Assembly (NCBI GenBank): GCA_037189585.1 | Contig: JBBCJA010000012.1 | Coordinates: forward strand, 58,693-122,692 | Length of the DNA: 64,000 nt | Source: Selenomonadaceae bacterium | GTDB taxonomy: Bacteria; Vulcanimicrobiota; Xenobia; Xenobiales; JADMJV01 | Direction: 5' to 3' | Shown: positions 45,913 through 55,902 of the stretch, in pieces | How positions within the stretch are numbered: the first letter of the stretch is position 1 | Layout of the letters: each line of letters begins with the position of its first letter | Made by a program: the position numbers and the translations under genes | The notes under the pieces: generated by a model | The model's database searches: none | What the model saw: only the letters and a program-made list of their open reading frames with translations | What the model was told of the DNA's origin: nothing

Positions 45913-46388
45913 CCGGCGGTCTCCTCGGAGGCGAATCTCTCCAAGAAAGCCACCCGGGCCCCTTCCGAAGTTCGCCCCGAAGACCAGGGATGGCTGTCCT
46001 TGGTGAGAGCCTCGGGGTCGACCGACACCGCGATCAGGTCTTCCGAGACTCGGACGGCTACTGGCGCGTGGCGCAAAAGGAGAAGCAGACCTTGAGATGT
46101 CGGACTTCTGAGCTGGTGTCCCCCGACCAGCGTCTGCCAGCACAAAACCGGCAGCGCCGTCGTGCCGTGGCATACCATTCCCAGACAAGGCCAGGATTCC
46201 CATCGAGCGCCGTCCGGGAAGCGGGTGAACTTGTCGAGTTTGACCAACTGGAGAACCTGGCTCTTGGGAAAGAGCCAATCCGTACCCGTTTGCTGGACCT
46301 TCAGATAACGCGCCTCGCTTCGCAGGGCGGGAGCCGCGGTCCGGGCATACATCCTGGCCCGCTCGGCGAGGATCTCTTCCTCCATCAC
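45909..46388 (-). CDS. cheW: CheW-like coupling protein
   Basis: A ~150-aa CheW fold pattern (ARYLKVQQTGTDWLFPKSQVLQLVKL ... PVLCWQTLVGG) flanked by ATGA overlaps. Confidence 0.65.
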   Translation of the reverse strand: MMEEEILAERARMYARTAAPALRSEARYLKVQQTGTDWLFPKSQVLQLVKLDKFTRFPDGARWESWPCLGMVCHGTTALPVLCWQTLVGGHQLRSPTSQGLLLLLRHAPVAVRVSEDLIAVSVDPEALTKDSHPWSSGRTSEGARVAFLERFASEETAG

Positions 46389-47464
46389 GCTCTTCCCTTC
46401 TCCAGACGCTCTCGCAGGCGAGCGGCGGCCGAACTCAACTGGTCGACGGACAGTCCGTTGCGCTCGGTGAAGGCTAAAATACTGGGATCATCCTCTCGAT
46501 AGAGGGCGAAAAACTTTCTTAAGGCCGACACGGCCTCATTGGACTGGTGCAATTCGTCGTGAAGACGGGCGGAAAAATAGAAGACCAGCGAGGAATGCGG
46601 GTCCGAATCCTCGGCTTCTTGAAACTTTCGCCCAGCTTCCTCCAACTTGCCCATGGCGTGTAGGCGCAACCCTTCCTGAAAGGGGCCGGGACACAAAGCT
46701 AGCGGCGCAACTCTTCCCGATTCGGGAAGGAGCTTTGGAGGTGAAACGAATGCCGACCGAGGTTCCTTGACGAAAATCGCGCTTCTGGCCGACCACATGC
46801 GGAGTTCGGGGTGCTGCAGTCCGAAAAAAGCCTCGGGAAACCCGAGCACCAGCAGCCCACCCACCTCGAGACGCTCCACCAGGCGAGACAGAATCTCCCG
46901 AGCTTTAGCTTCGTCGAAGTAGATCAGGACGTTGCGACAAAAAATAACATCCCAACGTCGGGCCATGCCTGGTCCGTGATCGAGATTGAGATTTTCCAAC
47001 TCGAAGGTCACCAGACTCGCCAAATGAGGCTGAACTTTCCACTGATTCTCCAAGGGCCGAAAATACCGTTGCCGCTCCTCTGAAGTAAGGCGCTCTAGTC
47101 GGCTCTCTCTGTACACTCCCTCTCGAGCCTCAGCGATGCGCGCCGCGGAGATGTCCGTTCCCAGGACACGACCCATTCGACGGGTTCGGTCTAGCATAAT
47201 GGCGATGCTATAGGCCTCGCAGCCTGTAGAGCATCCGGCCGACCAGAGGCGAAGCGAAGAGGTCGCGCTCAGGTCCCGTAAGTAGCCTTCGAAGGCTTTG
47301 CACTGATCGGGATGACGGAAAAAGTAAGTCTGGCCGTTAGTCAGGTGCGCCAGTAGCTCCTCGCGGCTCGCGTTCGGTAGTTTTCTAGCCAGGATGGCCC
47401 GTGTCTGATCGGGAACGACCAATCCCAGCTCACATTCTAAGCCTTCGAGGACTTGATCAAACAT
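46385..47464 (-). CDS. cheR: CheR-type MCP methyltransferase with a C-terminal TPR-like extension
   Basis: TYFFRHP ... LRLWSAGCSTGCEAYSIAIML ... FCRNVLIYFD. Confidence 0.85.
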   Translation of the reverse strand: MFDQVLEGLECELGLVVPDQTRAILARKLPNASREELLAHLTNGQTYFFRHPDQCKAFEGYLRDLSATSSLRLWSAGCSTGCEAYSIAIMLDRTRRMGRVLGTDISAARIAEAREGVYRESRLERLTSEERQRYFRPLENQWKVQPHLASLVTFELENLNLDHGPGMARRWDVIFCRNVLIYFDEAKAREILSRLVERLEVGGLLVLGFPEAFFGLQHPELRMWSARSAIFVKEPRSAFVSPPKLLPESGRVAPLALCPGPFQEGLRLHAMGKLEEAGRKFQEAEDSDPHSSLVFYFSARLHDELHQSNEAVSALRKFFALYREDDPSILAFTERNGLSVDQLSSAAARLRERLEKGRA

Positions 47465-47948
47465 CGTCCGAGCCCACCCGTTCCAAAGCCTCGAGACGTT
47501 TCTGTTTGAGCTCGCCCGCCTTGCGCAGCCTTTCCCGCTCCTCCACCAACATCAGACCGCCCACGTTAAGTAAAAAGACGGTTTGTCCGTCCCGTTCAAA
47601 AGATGCGACATAGCATGGGGTGGGCTCGCAGGAGTGCTCGATCATGGACAGGTCATCCCAGCCGACTTCGTCGAGTCCGACGACCCTTCGCACCCGCCAG
47701 GCCATCCGTCCCTGAGGAGTGGTCACCACAAGATGGTCGCTAAGCCGAGACTCCTCAGCCTTCATACCAAGAATCCCCGCCAGCGACATCGTGGGCAGGG
47801 ACTCTTCCCCTAAGCGAAACCAGCCCTCCAGCATCTCCATGTCGCCAGGTCGCCGTTCCAGACGGGGTAAAAGTGTGACGATCTCCACATCCGCCCGGCG
47901 AAATGCGAAGGCGTGCTCCTCGGTAGAGACCAGCAGCACCGGAATCAC
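47457..47948 (-). CDS. cheW: CheW-like coupling protein (second copy)
   Basis: A 163-aa single CheW-domain-sized protein placed between the MCP and cheR genes, overlapping both by 4-8 bp. Confidence 0.6.
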   Translation of the reverse strand: MIPVLLVSTEEHAFAFRRADVEIVTLLPRLERRPGDMEMLEGWFRLGEESLPTMSLAGILGMKAEESRLSDHLVVTTPQGRMAWRVRRVVGLDEVGWDDLSMIEHSCEPTPCYVASFERDGQTVFLLNVGGLMLVEERERLRKAGELKQKRLEALERVGSDDV

Positions 47949-49570
47949 GCCGGGCCACTGCTCCCACTTTCGTAGCGTGCCATGGCGGTGTGAAGCTCCT
48001 TGGAAAGCGCGGTAAGTTCGTGGGAATCTCGCTCAAGCTCACGACTACCATTTTCGGCAGCTGTCGCGGTTTCCTGAATAGAGACCAGAGCCTCTTCCAC
48101 TTGCTTGAAGGCGTGACTCTGTTGGCGTGTGGCCGCGACGATCTGCTGAAAGGCGTCGTCACCCTTTTTAAAGGACTCCACCAGGGTTCGAATCGTCTCC
48201 TCTGTCAGCCGGCTGTTCTTGTCGCCGGACTGAGATCTCTTGACCGCTTCCTCGGCCAACATCACGGTCTTGTGAATTCCGTTACGGATTTCGGCCAGGG
48301 CGCCCTTGACTTCTACGGTGGCTTCTTTAGAACGATTTGCCAACATTCGCATCTCACTAGCCAGAACCGCGAAAGTCACACCCTCGGCACCCGCCGCGGC
48401 CGCTTGGATAGAGGCGTTGATGGCCAGAATATTGGAGCGTTCGGCCAACTCGTTAACCGAAGCCACGATGGCCTCCAGGTCCTGAGCCTTCTGGCTGAGC
48501 GCCACGATGGTGGAAGCGACTTCCTCCACGCCCTGGCGAGATTTCTCGGACAGACGAATACTTTCCTGAACCGCTTGTAGCCCTTGTCGCCCCTGGGCGC
48601 TGGTCGCACGGGACTCGCTACCGACCTCGGAGGCCCGCTCGGCGATCTGGGTGGCTGACTGAGACAGCTCTTCTAAAGTGACGGCGGTCTCCTGGACAGC
48701 GGTTGCCTGCTGAACCGAAGATGAAGCCTGTTCGGCCGAGGAGCGGGCAAGGCGAGAGCTGATCTCGCGAATTTTGGTCTCGGCTTCGGTCGTACGGGCG
48801 AAAATTTTCCGTAAACCGTCGAGCATGGCGTTATAAGCTTCGGTCACGATGCCGATCTCATCGAGCACGCTGATGGCCAGCGGCTTGCCGGTCAAGTCGC
48901 CTTGCGAGATCTGACCGGCCCGTTCGACAAGGGTGTGCAGAGGGGTAAAACGTGCCGCGATCTTCCGATAAGTGACGATGGTGAAAACGGCGAATCCCAA
49001 CAGGCCTAGCGCGATAAAACCTTGGAGCCATCCTACAAGGCGACTGCTCTGGGAACGCGCGGCCACAATGGTGGAAAGAAACTCCTCTTGCATAGCGTCG
49101 ATCGCTCTGTTGATCTGATCCATCAGCTCCTTACCCTCGTTGTCGAGGACGCGCGCCCTGGCCTGCTCGGCCTTACCCGCTTCTTTCAGCTGGATGGTCT
49201 CGCTCATTTCCTGGAGCTTGGCTGTCACCCGAGGTCGCAATTCGCCGAGCCTGCGTTTTTGAGTCTCCGAAAGATTCGCCTGGCCGAGTTCTGAAAGGAG
49301 GGTCTCCGCTTCCGCTCCATAGTCGGAAATCGAAATCAGATAGTTGCGCTGTCCGGTATACAGGTAGCCACGTTGAGCGGATTCAACCAACAGCATGACG
49401 TTTCGCACCCGGGTCACTTTTTGATGGGCCTGGTTGGCGCTCACGGTCTGGTCGAAAGACTGGCTTATCGTCTGAATCAAAAGTGAGCCCAGGATTCCAA
49501 AGATCGTGAGATAGGCCAAGATCGCCAAAAACGCTCCCTGAAACAGTCGCAGAAGCGAGGTGGAATTCAT
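47945..49570 (-). CDS. Methyl-accepting chemotaxis protein (N-terminal sensor, HAMP, MCP signalling domain)
   Basis: The highly conserved signalling hairpin [22 protein letters not shown], plus 2 TM and a HAMP domain. Confidence 0.85.
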   Translation of the reverse strand: MNSTSLLRLFQGAFLAILAYLTIFGILGSLLIQTISQSFDQTVSANQAHQKVTRVRNVMLLVESAQRGYLYTGQRNYLISISDYGAEAETLLSELGQANLSETQKRRLGELRPRVTAKLQEMSETIQLKEAGKAEQARARVLDNEGKELMDQINRAIDAMQEEFLSTIVAARSQSSRLVGWLQGFIALGLLGFAVFTIVTYRKIAARFTPLHTLVERAGQISQGDLTGKPLAISVLDEIGIVTEAYNAMLDGLRKIFARTTEAETKIREISSRLARSSAEQASSSVQQATAVQETAVTLEELSQSATQIAERASEVGSESRATSAQGRQGLQAVQESIRLSEKSRQGVEEVASTIVALSQKAQDLEAIVASVNELAERSNILAINASIQAAAAGAEGVTFAVLASEMRMLANRSKEATVEVKGALAEIRNGIHKTVMLAEEAVKRSQSGDKNSRLTEETIRTLVESFKKGDDAFQQIVAATRQQSHAFKQVEEALVSIQETATAAENGSRELERDSHELTALSKELHTAMARYESGSSGPA

Positions 49571-51432
49571 GCACGGTACTCCTTGATCAGCCGATTCATC
49601 GTCTCCACCAGCTCTTCAATGACGGGCGGCTTGGTCGCCACCACGTCAAAACCGGCCTGGCGGCACGCGAGGTGGTCTTCTTCGAGAATTCTAGCTGTGA
49701 GGGCCATCAAAGGCAGGCGAGGGCCCCCACGTCCTAGGAAATGGGACCTGATTTCGCGAGCCGCGGACATTCCATCGAGCTCCGGCATCTGTAGGTCCAG
49801 GATCGCCATATCGAAAACATCGGTGTCGGAAGCGCTCAGAGCATCCACGGCTTGACGGCCATTTTCCACCAGCGAAACCTCGAAACCCTGGCGCTCCAAC
49901 GAAAGCTTGAGAACCTGCCTGTTGATCGGATTGTCCTCCGCCACCAGAACACGTGGTGCACGCTCCTGGGCCGAAACGGTTGACTCCAGATGGGGCCCGA
50001 CAGACGTGACCATCCCCTCGGGGGAGAAGTCGAGAACGTTCGGATGGATCCGCGCGGTGGTGGCCACATAGCCCAAAATCTTCCGGTTTGTCCCACTCCG
50101 AAAGGAAAGTCCCCTCTCATCCCATGTCAAGGTAACGAGATCCGAGACAGGAGCGCTCTGTGAGGGCCAGTCGGCAACTCTACGGATAGCGCTTGCCAAG
50201 CCCACGTTGTCGGCCACAACTTCCAAGGCGGGCCATGACGATGAGTCCTCGGCGACCTGACGATGGCCTCGGGGCAGGTGCACCCGGAACGTCGCGCCCT
50301 GTCCTACCACTGAGTCCACCTCGATAGAACCGCCCATCAACTCCACCAGCGAACGCGTGATGGCAAGACCAAGCCCTGTCCCCTGAAAACTTCGATTGAA
50401 AGAGTCGTCGGCTTGGCGAAAAGCCTCGAAGATCTTAACTTGGTGCTCCTGAGGGATGCCCGGTCCGCTATCGGAAACTTCGATCAGAGTCGAGCCGTCC
50501 TCTTCGGAAAAGGCCAGCAAAACAAATCCCGATTCGGTGAACTTGACCGCGTTGCCGATCAAGTTGATCAAAACTTGCCGTAATTTGACTTCGTCGCCGT
50601 TTCCGAGATCGTCCCATTGACGTGGGAAAGCGGCGCCGAGAAAAAGTTTCTTGGCTCCGACCAAGGCCGGAAAGGGGGCAAATGCCTGTTCGATGAGACG
50701 AGACCAGGAAAAGCCCTGGGGAGAATACTCCATCCCTTTAGCCTCGAGCTTGGAAAAGTCAAGAACTTTGTTGATCACGTCCAGCAGATTCTCCGCGCTT
50801 TGGCGGATGTAGCGGACGTACTGGGCCGTCTCCGGCGCCAGATGGGCATCTTCGAGCAACAACCCGGAAAGTCCCAGAATACCGGTCATGGGGGTCCGAA
50901 TCTCATGCGAGACATTAGCCAAAAAAGTATCCTTGGCCCGATTGGCTTCCTCGGCCGCCGATCTCGCGGCCGCCAGCTCCACGTTCGTCTGAGTCAACGT
51001 TCGATTGGCCTTGTCCGACTGGTCCAACTGGTCTTGCAATCTAGCCTCGAGGTTTATCAACCTCTGAGCAACCCGAAGTTGAAGCTCGAGCTCCGCGGCG
51101 TCCAGAGTTTTGGAGACGAATGCATCGGCGCCAGCTTGCAGCGCCGCGAGATGGTCCTCGTGACCTTCGCGCGCGGTCATCACCACCAGATAAAGGTCAG
51201 TCAAAGAGCTTTGCTTGCGAACCCAGCGACACAGGTCCGGTCCGCTCATCCCCGGCATGACCCAATCCGTGATAACCACCTGGACAGACGGCTCACTACC
51301 AAGCGCGGCCATGGCTTCCAAAGCGTCGGCCGCTTGATGAACCACATGACCCCAAGAGCTGATCAGATCGGCAAAGGCCGTCCTAGTCGCTAGGTGGTCC
51401 TCCACCAAAAGGATGACAAGATGTCGGGTCAT
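49567..51432 (-). CDS. Hybrid sensor histidine kinase / response regulator (REC-HisKA-HATPase-REC). First gene of the chemosensory operon.
   Basis: N-terminal REC (ILLVEDH ... DWVMPGMSG), H-box [15 protein letters not shown], HATPase (GTGLGLAI), and C-terminal REC ([11 protein letters not shown] ... DLQMPELDG). Confidence 0.8.
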   Translation of the reverse strand: MTRHLVILLVEDHLATRTAFADLISSWGHVVHQAADALEAMAALGSEPSVQVVITDWVMPGMSGPDLCRWVRKQSSLTDLYLVVMTAREGHEDHLAALQAGADAFVSKTLDAAELELQLRVAQRLINLEARLQDQLDQSDKANRTLTQTNVELAAARSAAEEANRAKDTFLANVSHEIRTPMTGILGLSGLLLEDAHLAPETAQYVRYIRQSAENLLDVINKVLDFSKLEAKGMEYSPQGFSWSRLIEQAFAPFPALVGAKKLFLGAAFPRQWDDLGNGDEVKLRQVLINLIGNAVKFTESGFVLLAFSEEDGSTLIEVSDSGPGIPQEHQVKIFEAFRQADDSFNRSFQGTGLGLAITRSLVELMGGSIEVDSVVGQGATFRVHLPRGHRQVAEDSSSWPALEVVADNVGLASAIRRVADWPSQSAPVSDLVTLTWDERGLSFRSGTNRKILGYVATTARIHPNVLDFSPEGMVTSVGPHLESTVSAQERAPRVLVAEDNPINRQVLKLSLERQGFEVSLVENGRQAVDALSASDTDVFDMAILDLQMPELDGMSAAREIRSHFLGRGGPRLPLMALTARILEEDHLACRQAGFDVVATKPPVIEELVETMNRLIKEYRA

Positions 51433-52078
51433 GACGCGCGATTAACTCCAGGCCAAGCGTTCCCTCGCCTGACTATTCCATCACACCGAAACGAAAACGA
51501 AGCTTTACCGAAGCGGTAGCGCCTATCGGCTTGCAAGCCACAAGCGCTACGCAGTCCGCTCCGTTTACCCTACCCACAAATCCCTTCTGGATGAGTCGAC
51601 GATGATCCTAGAAGCTCAGCCGGAAAGTCACTTGACAACCGAGTGGCTCGGTGCCGTTCGTCGGTGAGCCCCGACTGAATCCCTGTAATGGTTGAGCTTC
51701 AGGGTTCCGGCTTGCCTCACAGGCAGACGCACCACACTTCTTCGTCGACTCGGTATCCTACTACCTAACCTCTCCGACTTGCAAGCGGGACCGAGGTACC
51801 TCTTCTTCCGAACCCTAAACAATACACCAATAAATCCTAAGCCAGACGTCGCTTTTCTTTTTGGCCGAAGGACAGTTCCACCAGACGGCGTTCGGAAAAG
51901 AAACGACGAGACCGAAGACGACGCGGGCGCGGGGAACATTGGGGGCAAGGCAGCCACATCGCTCCCGGAAGATATTCGCAACGAGTCTCTTTGTGGCCCT
52001 TGCAGGTTGGGCAGCTTGATTTTTTTTCCATGTCGGGAGGTTCTCCTAGGTCCGACTCCTCCCTACTCCGTGCCTTTT

Positions 52079-52558
52079 TTAATTTGGACGACGAGAATCG
52101 CTCGCCCCTACCACCGTCAACCGGGGAATCCGGCTCGAGATCGGGGGGCTCGGACTGAGACGAGGAAGTTCCGGTTCTCGGCGCAGTTGATGCAGCCAGC
52201 TATAACGAGAAAAGCGTTCCGGTGAAGACAAGTGGACTCCGATCTCGATCCGGCCGCGCCGACTTTTGCTGTAAGCTACGGTCCCCATCGCGATATCGAG
52301 AGGTAAAGGCTCGACGGAATCAACAGGCTTGGGCAAGACTCGAATGGGCCGCCCGGCCAGGACGGCATGGTCGGTAAAAAGACGCAAACCCGTGGAGGAG
52401 ACTTCGCGCAACTGACCTTCTCCTCGCCGACCCTGGGACTCCCAGATCACCTCACAACAACAGATAAGCCGTGGCTCGGATCGCCGGTCTCTAGAAGCCG
52501 TTCGGCCTGTCCATCGTGCGATGACTCTTGAGATTCTGTTCCACAATGTCGCCATCAT
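52079..52558 (-). CDS. PilZ-domain-like (c-di-GMP-binding) protein
   Basis: RTASRDRR (RxxxR) followed about 30 aa later by EVSSTGLRLF, which resembles (D/N)xSxxG. The C-terminus is low-complexity and Pro/Ser-rich. Confidence 0.4.
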   Translation of the reverse strand: MMATLWNRISRVIARWTGRTASRDRRSEPRLICCCEVIWESQGRRGEGQLREVSSTGLRLFTDHAVLAGRPIRVLPKPVDSVEPLPLDIAMGTVAYSKSRRGRIEIGVHLSSPERFSRYSWLHQLRREPELPRLSPSPPISSRIPRLTVVGASDSRRPN

Positions 52559-52675
52559 TTACCCTCGCTTTTGAGAGAGAACCTTTGGAGGCTCTTTGTT
52601 ATATTTAAGCGGAAACTCCTAAGGATCCTGCGAATCTCGGAGGATCTCCCAGAGGGTTCCGAAAAAAACTTTGAC

Positions 52676-54064
52676 GTGAAAAGACTCGTGGCATCGTGCT
52701 CGGTTGTGATGCTAGCCTGTTTCGTTCATCCCGCCTCAACACTGCTTGCGAAGAACGCGGTCGATCTCTTCGCCCACGGCTACAGCCCCGTCAAGGCCGG
52801 GCTGTTGCCTCTATTTCTGCTCCTGGTGCTCGCACTGGACCGATCCAAGCTGCCGGCGCCTCCCTCCGTGGTTTTTCCGCTCTTTCTCGTTAACGCCGGC
52901 CTGGCTCACCTGCTAGCGGTTTTAGAACAGGTCTGGTTCACCCGACAGTTTCATCTCGAAATTTGGGAGCCAGCGATGGTCCTCAAGGACGGCTACTTCA
53001 CCGTTACCGGGATGACCCACATCCACGCCTCCAAGGTTCTCCTGTCACCACTATTTGGCGAAGTCCGAGATGTCACCGACGCCGGCTATCCTCTTAATCT
53101 CGTCTTCGGAGCCGTCCTGGCCCGCTTGCACCTACTGCTCTTCCTGTTTCTTTTGATTCTGGCTCTACTTGGTTCTGTCCGGGCTTACCGAACCTTGACG
53201 CCCGGTAAGGCGACAAGTCTTTCTTTGATCATCTTCGCCATCAGCAAGACAGCTCTCGACGGCGGGCCGTTCAGTTCTGAATTCTTGAGCGCTCTGGTCG
53301 TTCTCGTCTGGCTTCATCTCGGATATCGGAAGGCATTTGGTATGCTTGTGGTGATAGCGCTTCATCTCTGGTTGGTGGAACTGACACCCTGGGTCATGCT
53401 AGTCTGGGGATATCCCAGCAACATCTTGGCACTCTCCCTTCCAGCATTGTGGGAAAAGATACCAGCCCGAGCGAATCGTTGGCCGTTATGGGGACTGATG
53501 GGAACGGCCCTCTTTTTCTCGCCGCTCGCCGTGGGAGCTTTTTGGCCTTCCTTCGACGAGCAACCCTACGGTTTGAATCTTCTGCGCTATGGTTTGACCG
53601 AACTGCCTCCCGGGACTCGGCTCTGGATGCTCACCTCCGAGAGACCGCGGACTTCTTCCCTACTCGATGTCAGGCGGACGGCTTCGGTGGGTCCCTACAC
53701 TCAAATCGAGGGAACGGTCACAAAGCCGACGAGAGTGTTGGACCTGTGCGAGGAATATCGACTCGCGATCAGCCGAGCACCCATCGTCTGGAGCCCACAA
53801 GAATTCTCATTTTCCGCGGAGGTGCTAGCGCTCAACGAGCCGCGAAGTTCACTTGAGGATTCCCCGCTCTTGGTTTCCAGAGAAACTCTTCCAGCGGCCG
53901 ACGGATATTCTAGGGTCAAATTTCAGCTCAGGCCCGGTGCCAACCGAAGTCTCGCCTATGCCCTCCTGGGCCCACAACTGATGGTCGTTCGCCGAGGAGG
54001 CTTCCTTCCTGGCTCCACTTCACGACAGGGTCACCCAGGTTCTCGGACAAAGTCATCCCCGTGA
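52676..54064 (+). CDS. Polytopic membrane protein of unknown family (paralog A). The probable GTG start is at about 52676, not at the track ORF start 52571.
   Basis: About 8-10 TM plus a ~150-aa C-terminal soluble region. It shares the blocks AVDLFAHGYSP, VLKDGYFTVTGMTHIHASK and AISKTALDGGPFSSEFL with paralog B. Its N-terminal length matches paralog B when the start is placed at VKRLVAS. Confidence 0.5.
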   Translation: MKRLVASCSVVMLACFVHPASTLLAKNAVDLFAHGYSPVKAGLLPLFLLLVLALDRSKLPAPPSVVFPLFLVNAGLAHLLAVLEQVWFTRQFHLEIWEPAMVLKDGYFTVTGMTHIHASKVLLSPLFGEVRDVTDAGYPLNLVFGAVLARLHLLLFLFLLILALLGSVRAYRTLTPGKATSLSLIIFAISKTALDGGPFSSEFLSALVVLVWLHLGYRKAFGMLVVIALHLWLVELTPWVMLVWGYPSNILALSLPALWEKIPARANRWPLWGLMGTALFFSPLAVGAFWPSFDEQPYGLNLLRYGLTELPPGTRLWMLTSERPRTSSLLDVRRTASVGPYTQIEGTVTKPTRVLDLCEEYRLAISRAPIVWSPQEFSFSAEVLALNEPRSSLEDSPLLVSRETLPAADGYSRVKFQLRPGANRSLAYALLGPQLMVVRRGGFLPGSTSRQGHPGSRTKSSP

Positions 54065-54255
54065 GATTTTCGGAGAGAACATGGAGGCTTACCGGCAAGT
54101 GCCTCCTACTGATCGTGGGGCTAACTTTTCTGCGCTCGGCTCATCTCTTCACGCAGACCGAGCCGCGTTGGGTAGTGGCGGGCTGGCTAACGGTCCTGGG
54201 ACTGTCAGCCTGTGCCGTCTCCGTGCGAGGTCTACTCGATGGTCAGAGCGAGTAG
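54061..54255 (+). CDS. Putative 2-TM micro-protein, GTG start, GTGA-coupled
   Basis: 64 aa, hydrophobic (LLLIVGLTFL, VVAGWLTVLGLSACAV). It fills the gap between paralogs A and B exactly. Confidence 0.3.
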   Translation: MRFSERTWRLTGKCLLLIVGLTFLRSAHLFTQTEPRWVVAGWLTVLGLSACAVSVRGLLDGQSE

Positions 54256-54261
54256 ACTCCT

Positions 54262-55647
54262 GTGGCCTCTCGCTGGAAAGCTCTCATTCCGGCCCTACTG
54301 CTCCTGGTGGCCTGGTTCAGCACCGACTTCCTGCTAGTACTTAAAAGCTACGTGGATCTTCTGTGCATCGGATACTCCTCCAGTAAGACCTTGACGTTCT
54401 TACTCTTTCTCACCCTCTTGGGGGTGTTTTCGTGGATGCCGCCACTCGGGGCCGTCCGTTGGCATCGCGCCTATGCCGGGGGCCTCGGCCTTCTGCACGG
54501 ATTAGCACTAGTCGAACACACGCTCTTCGTTCGTGCCGTGGGAAGGCCGTGGTGGTCTCAGTTGATGGTGATCGGAGACGGTCACCTCACCAGCACCAAA
54601 CCCACCCATCTGCACGAACCGAAAGCCGCTCTGGCCTGGTTGACCGGATACCGCGGTGACATGCTTGATAGCGGCTCTAGCTTTCTGCCCTACTTTCCGA
54701 CCGCGCTTTTGGTCGTCCACGCCGCTCTGATCCTTTTGGTGGCCCTGCTCGGCTTTCTGATGGCTCACCAGTTTCTACGAAATCACCCGAGTGGGGCGGG
54801 ACTAACCATGGCGATGGCCGTCTTCGCGGCGGCCAAGGCGAGCATCGACGGTGGACCTTTGTCCAGCGAATCGCTCTTGCCGCTGCCCTTTATGCTACTT
54901 CTTCTCCAGGGTCGTGGCTGGCTGGTTCCCGTCCTCTCCCTCGCCACTCCGGCCATCGCCCTCTCGCTTTGGGCCTACGGAGGGGACCCGGTCTTCCAAT
55001 TTCTCAAAATTACCGGGGCGCTAGCACTTCTAGGAGCCCCTCTCCTATGGGACGTTTGTCATCGCCAGCCAGACTCCAAAAGTTTTCTGCTCGCGACCGC
55101 CGTCACGTTATGGGTCCTCGCTGTTCCACTGCTGACCTTCCTCGGATCGGGACAAGCCAGGCGTCCACCTTTCCCTCTGGGAACGTTGCGCTACTTACAC
55201 CGGCGCCTGGAACCGGGACAGACGGTCTATCTCCATCATCGACAACCTCTCAAGCCACGGGCGGACGCTCCCTACCAACCGGTCCGGACCTACCGCGGTC
55301 GCCACCTGTGGACCAGCGAGGTCAAGCTTACCCGGTCGACAACAACGGCGGAGTTGACTCGAGACTTTGCCAACAATCCGCATCACTTTCCCGCCACCTG
55401 GGCCTCCGGTACCACCACTTACGAATTTGTCGCAAATGTCTCGCCAGACCAACTGAGAAGCTGGAAACCCACCGAGCATATCACCGAGTCTCACCTGACG
55501 AGCGCCGGTCCTGGACTTTCAAAGCTCGAATTGTCTCTGCGGGGTGGTGCCAACATGGATGTCGCGGTCGATAGTCTCCCGCCCGGTAACTACGTGCTCA
55601 CCCACTTTCGAATTCTCTCTCATCGGCCGGACTCCGACCCCGAATGA
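54262..55647 (+). CDS. Polytopic membrane protein of unknown family (paralog B)
   Basis: Conserved blocks YVDLLCIGYSS, VIGDGHLTSTKPTHLHEPK and AAKASIDGGPLSSESL. Same TM architecture as paralog A. Confidence 0.5.
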   Translation: MASRWKALIPALLLLVAWFSTDFLLVLKSYVDLLCIGYSSSKTLTFLLFLTLLGVFSWMPPLGAVRWHRAYAGGLGLLHGLALVEHTLFVRAVGRPWWSQLMVIGDGHLTSTKPTHLHEPKAALAWLTGYRGDMLDSGSSFLPYFPTALLVVHAALILLVALLGFLMAHQFLRNHPSGAGLTMAMAVFAAAKASIDGGPLSSESLLPLPFMLLLLQGRGWLVPVLSLATPAIALSLWAYGGDPVFQFLKITGALALLGAPLLWDVCHRQPDSKSFLLATAVTLWVLAVPLLTFLGSGQARRPPFPLGTLRYLHRRLEPGQTVYLHHRQPLKPRADAPYQPVRTYRGRHLWTSEVKLTRSTTTAELTRDFANNPHHFPATWASGTTTYEFVANVSPDQLRSWKPTEHITESHLTSAGPGLSKLELSLRGGANMDVAVDSLPPGNYVLTHFRILSHRPDSDPE

Positions 55648-55898
55648 GGAATCGTCCCCGCATTGACGAAACGGAACTCATCTTGGAAGAGCACAATCCA
55701 GAAACGCCTCCAACCGGTGGATTCCAAACCGTGGAATGGTCTCAAGCCGGAAAGTCCCTGGCCGCCTGCACTGGTTTCGCCTGCGTCGCGCTAGCTCTTT
55801 ATCGCGGCGACGACCTGATCGGGGAGCTTCTTCGAACCTGGGTCGGCCTCTTCGGGGTTCTGGTCGTCGTCATCTCGTTTCGCTCCGGCCGAGCTTAA
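55644..55898 (+). CDS. Putative single-TM micro-protein, ATGA-coupled to paralog B
   Basis: 84 aa with the hydrophobic segment LAACTGFACVALALY ... VGLFGVLVVVISF. Confidence 0.3.
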   Translation: MRNRPRIDETELILEEHNPETPPTGGFQTVEWSQAGKSLAACTGFACVALALYRGDDLIGELLRTWVGLFGVLVVVISFRSGRA

Positions 55899-55902
55899 AG
55901 TT

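Noticed and set aside
45913-46278. The 123-aa N-terminal extension of the CheA track ORF (44047..46278). Similar extensions occur on ORFs 17168..18064, 15588..17201, 35267..35947, 35673..36272 and 31100..32455.
   Set aside because: The extensions are low-complexity. They overlap well-supported genes (cheW, the LAB_N gene, the methyltransferase gene, the secreted-protein gene) or a repeat element. Internal ATG/GTG starts that create ATGA coupling or have an SD give domain-complete proteins.
51480-51720. Weak resemblance to tmRNA/RNase P fragments (GGAAAGTC, CTGGATGAGTCGACG, GAAACGAAAACGAAGCTTTA)
   Set aside because: No tag reading frame ending in hydrophobic residues plus stop could be found. 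There is no RNase P P4 or GGAAAGUCCGGGCUCC match and no tRNA-like 3' end. It is retained only as an unexplained non-coding region.
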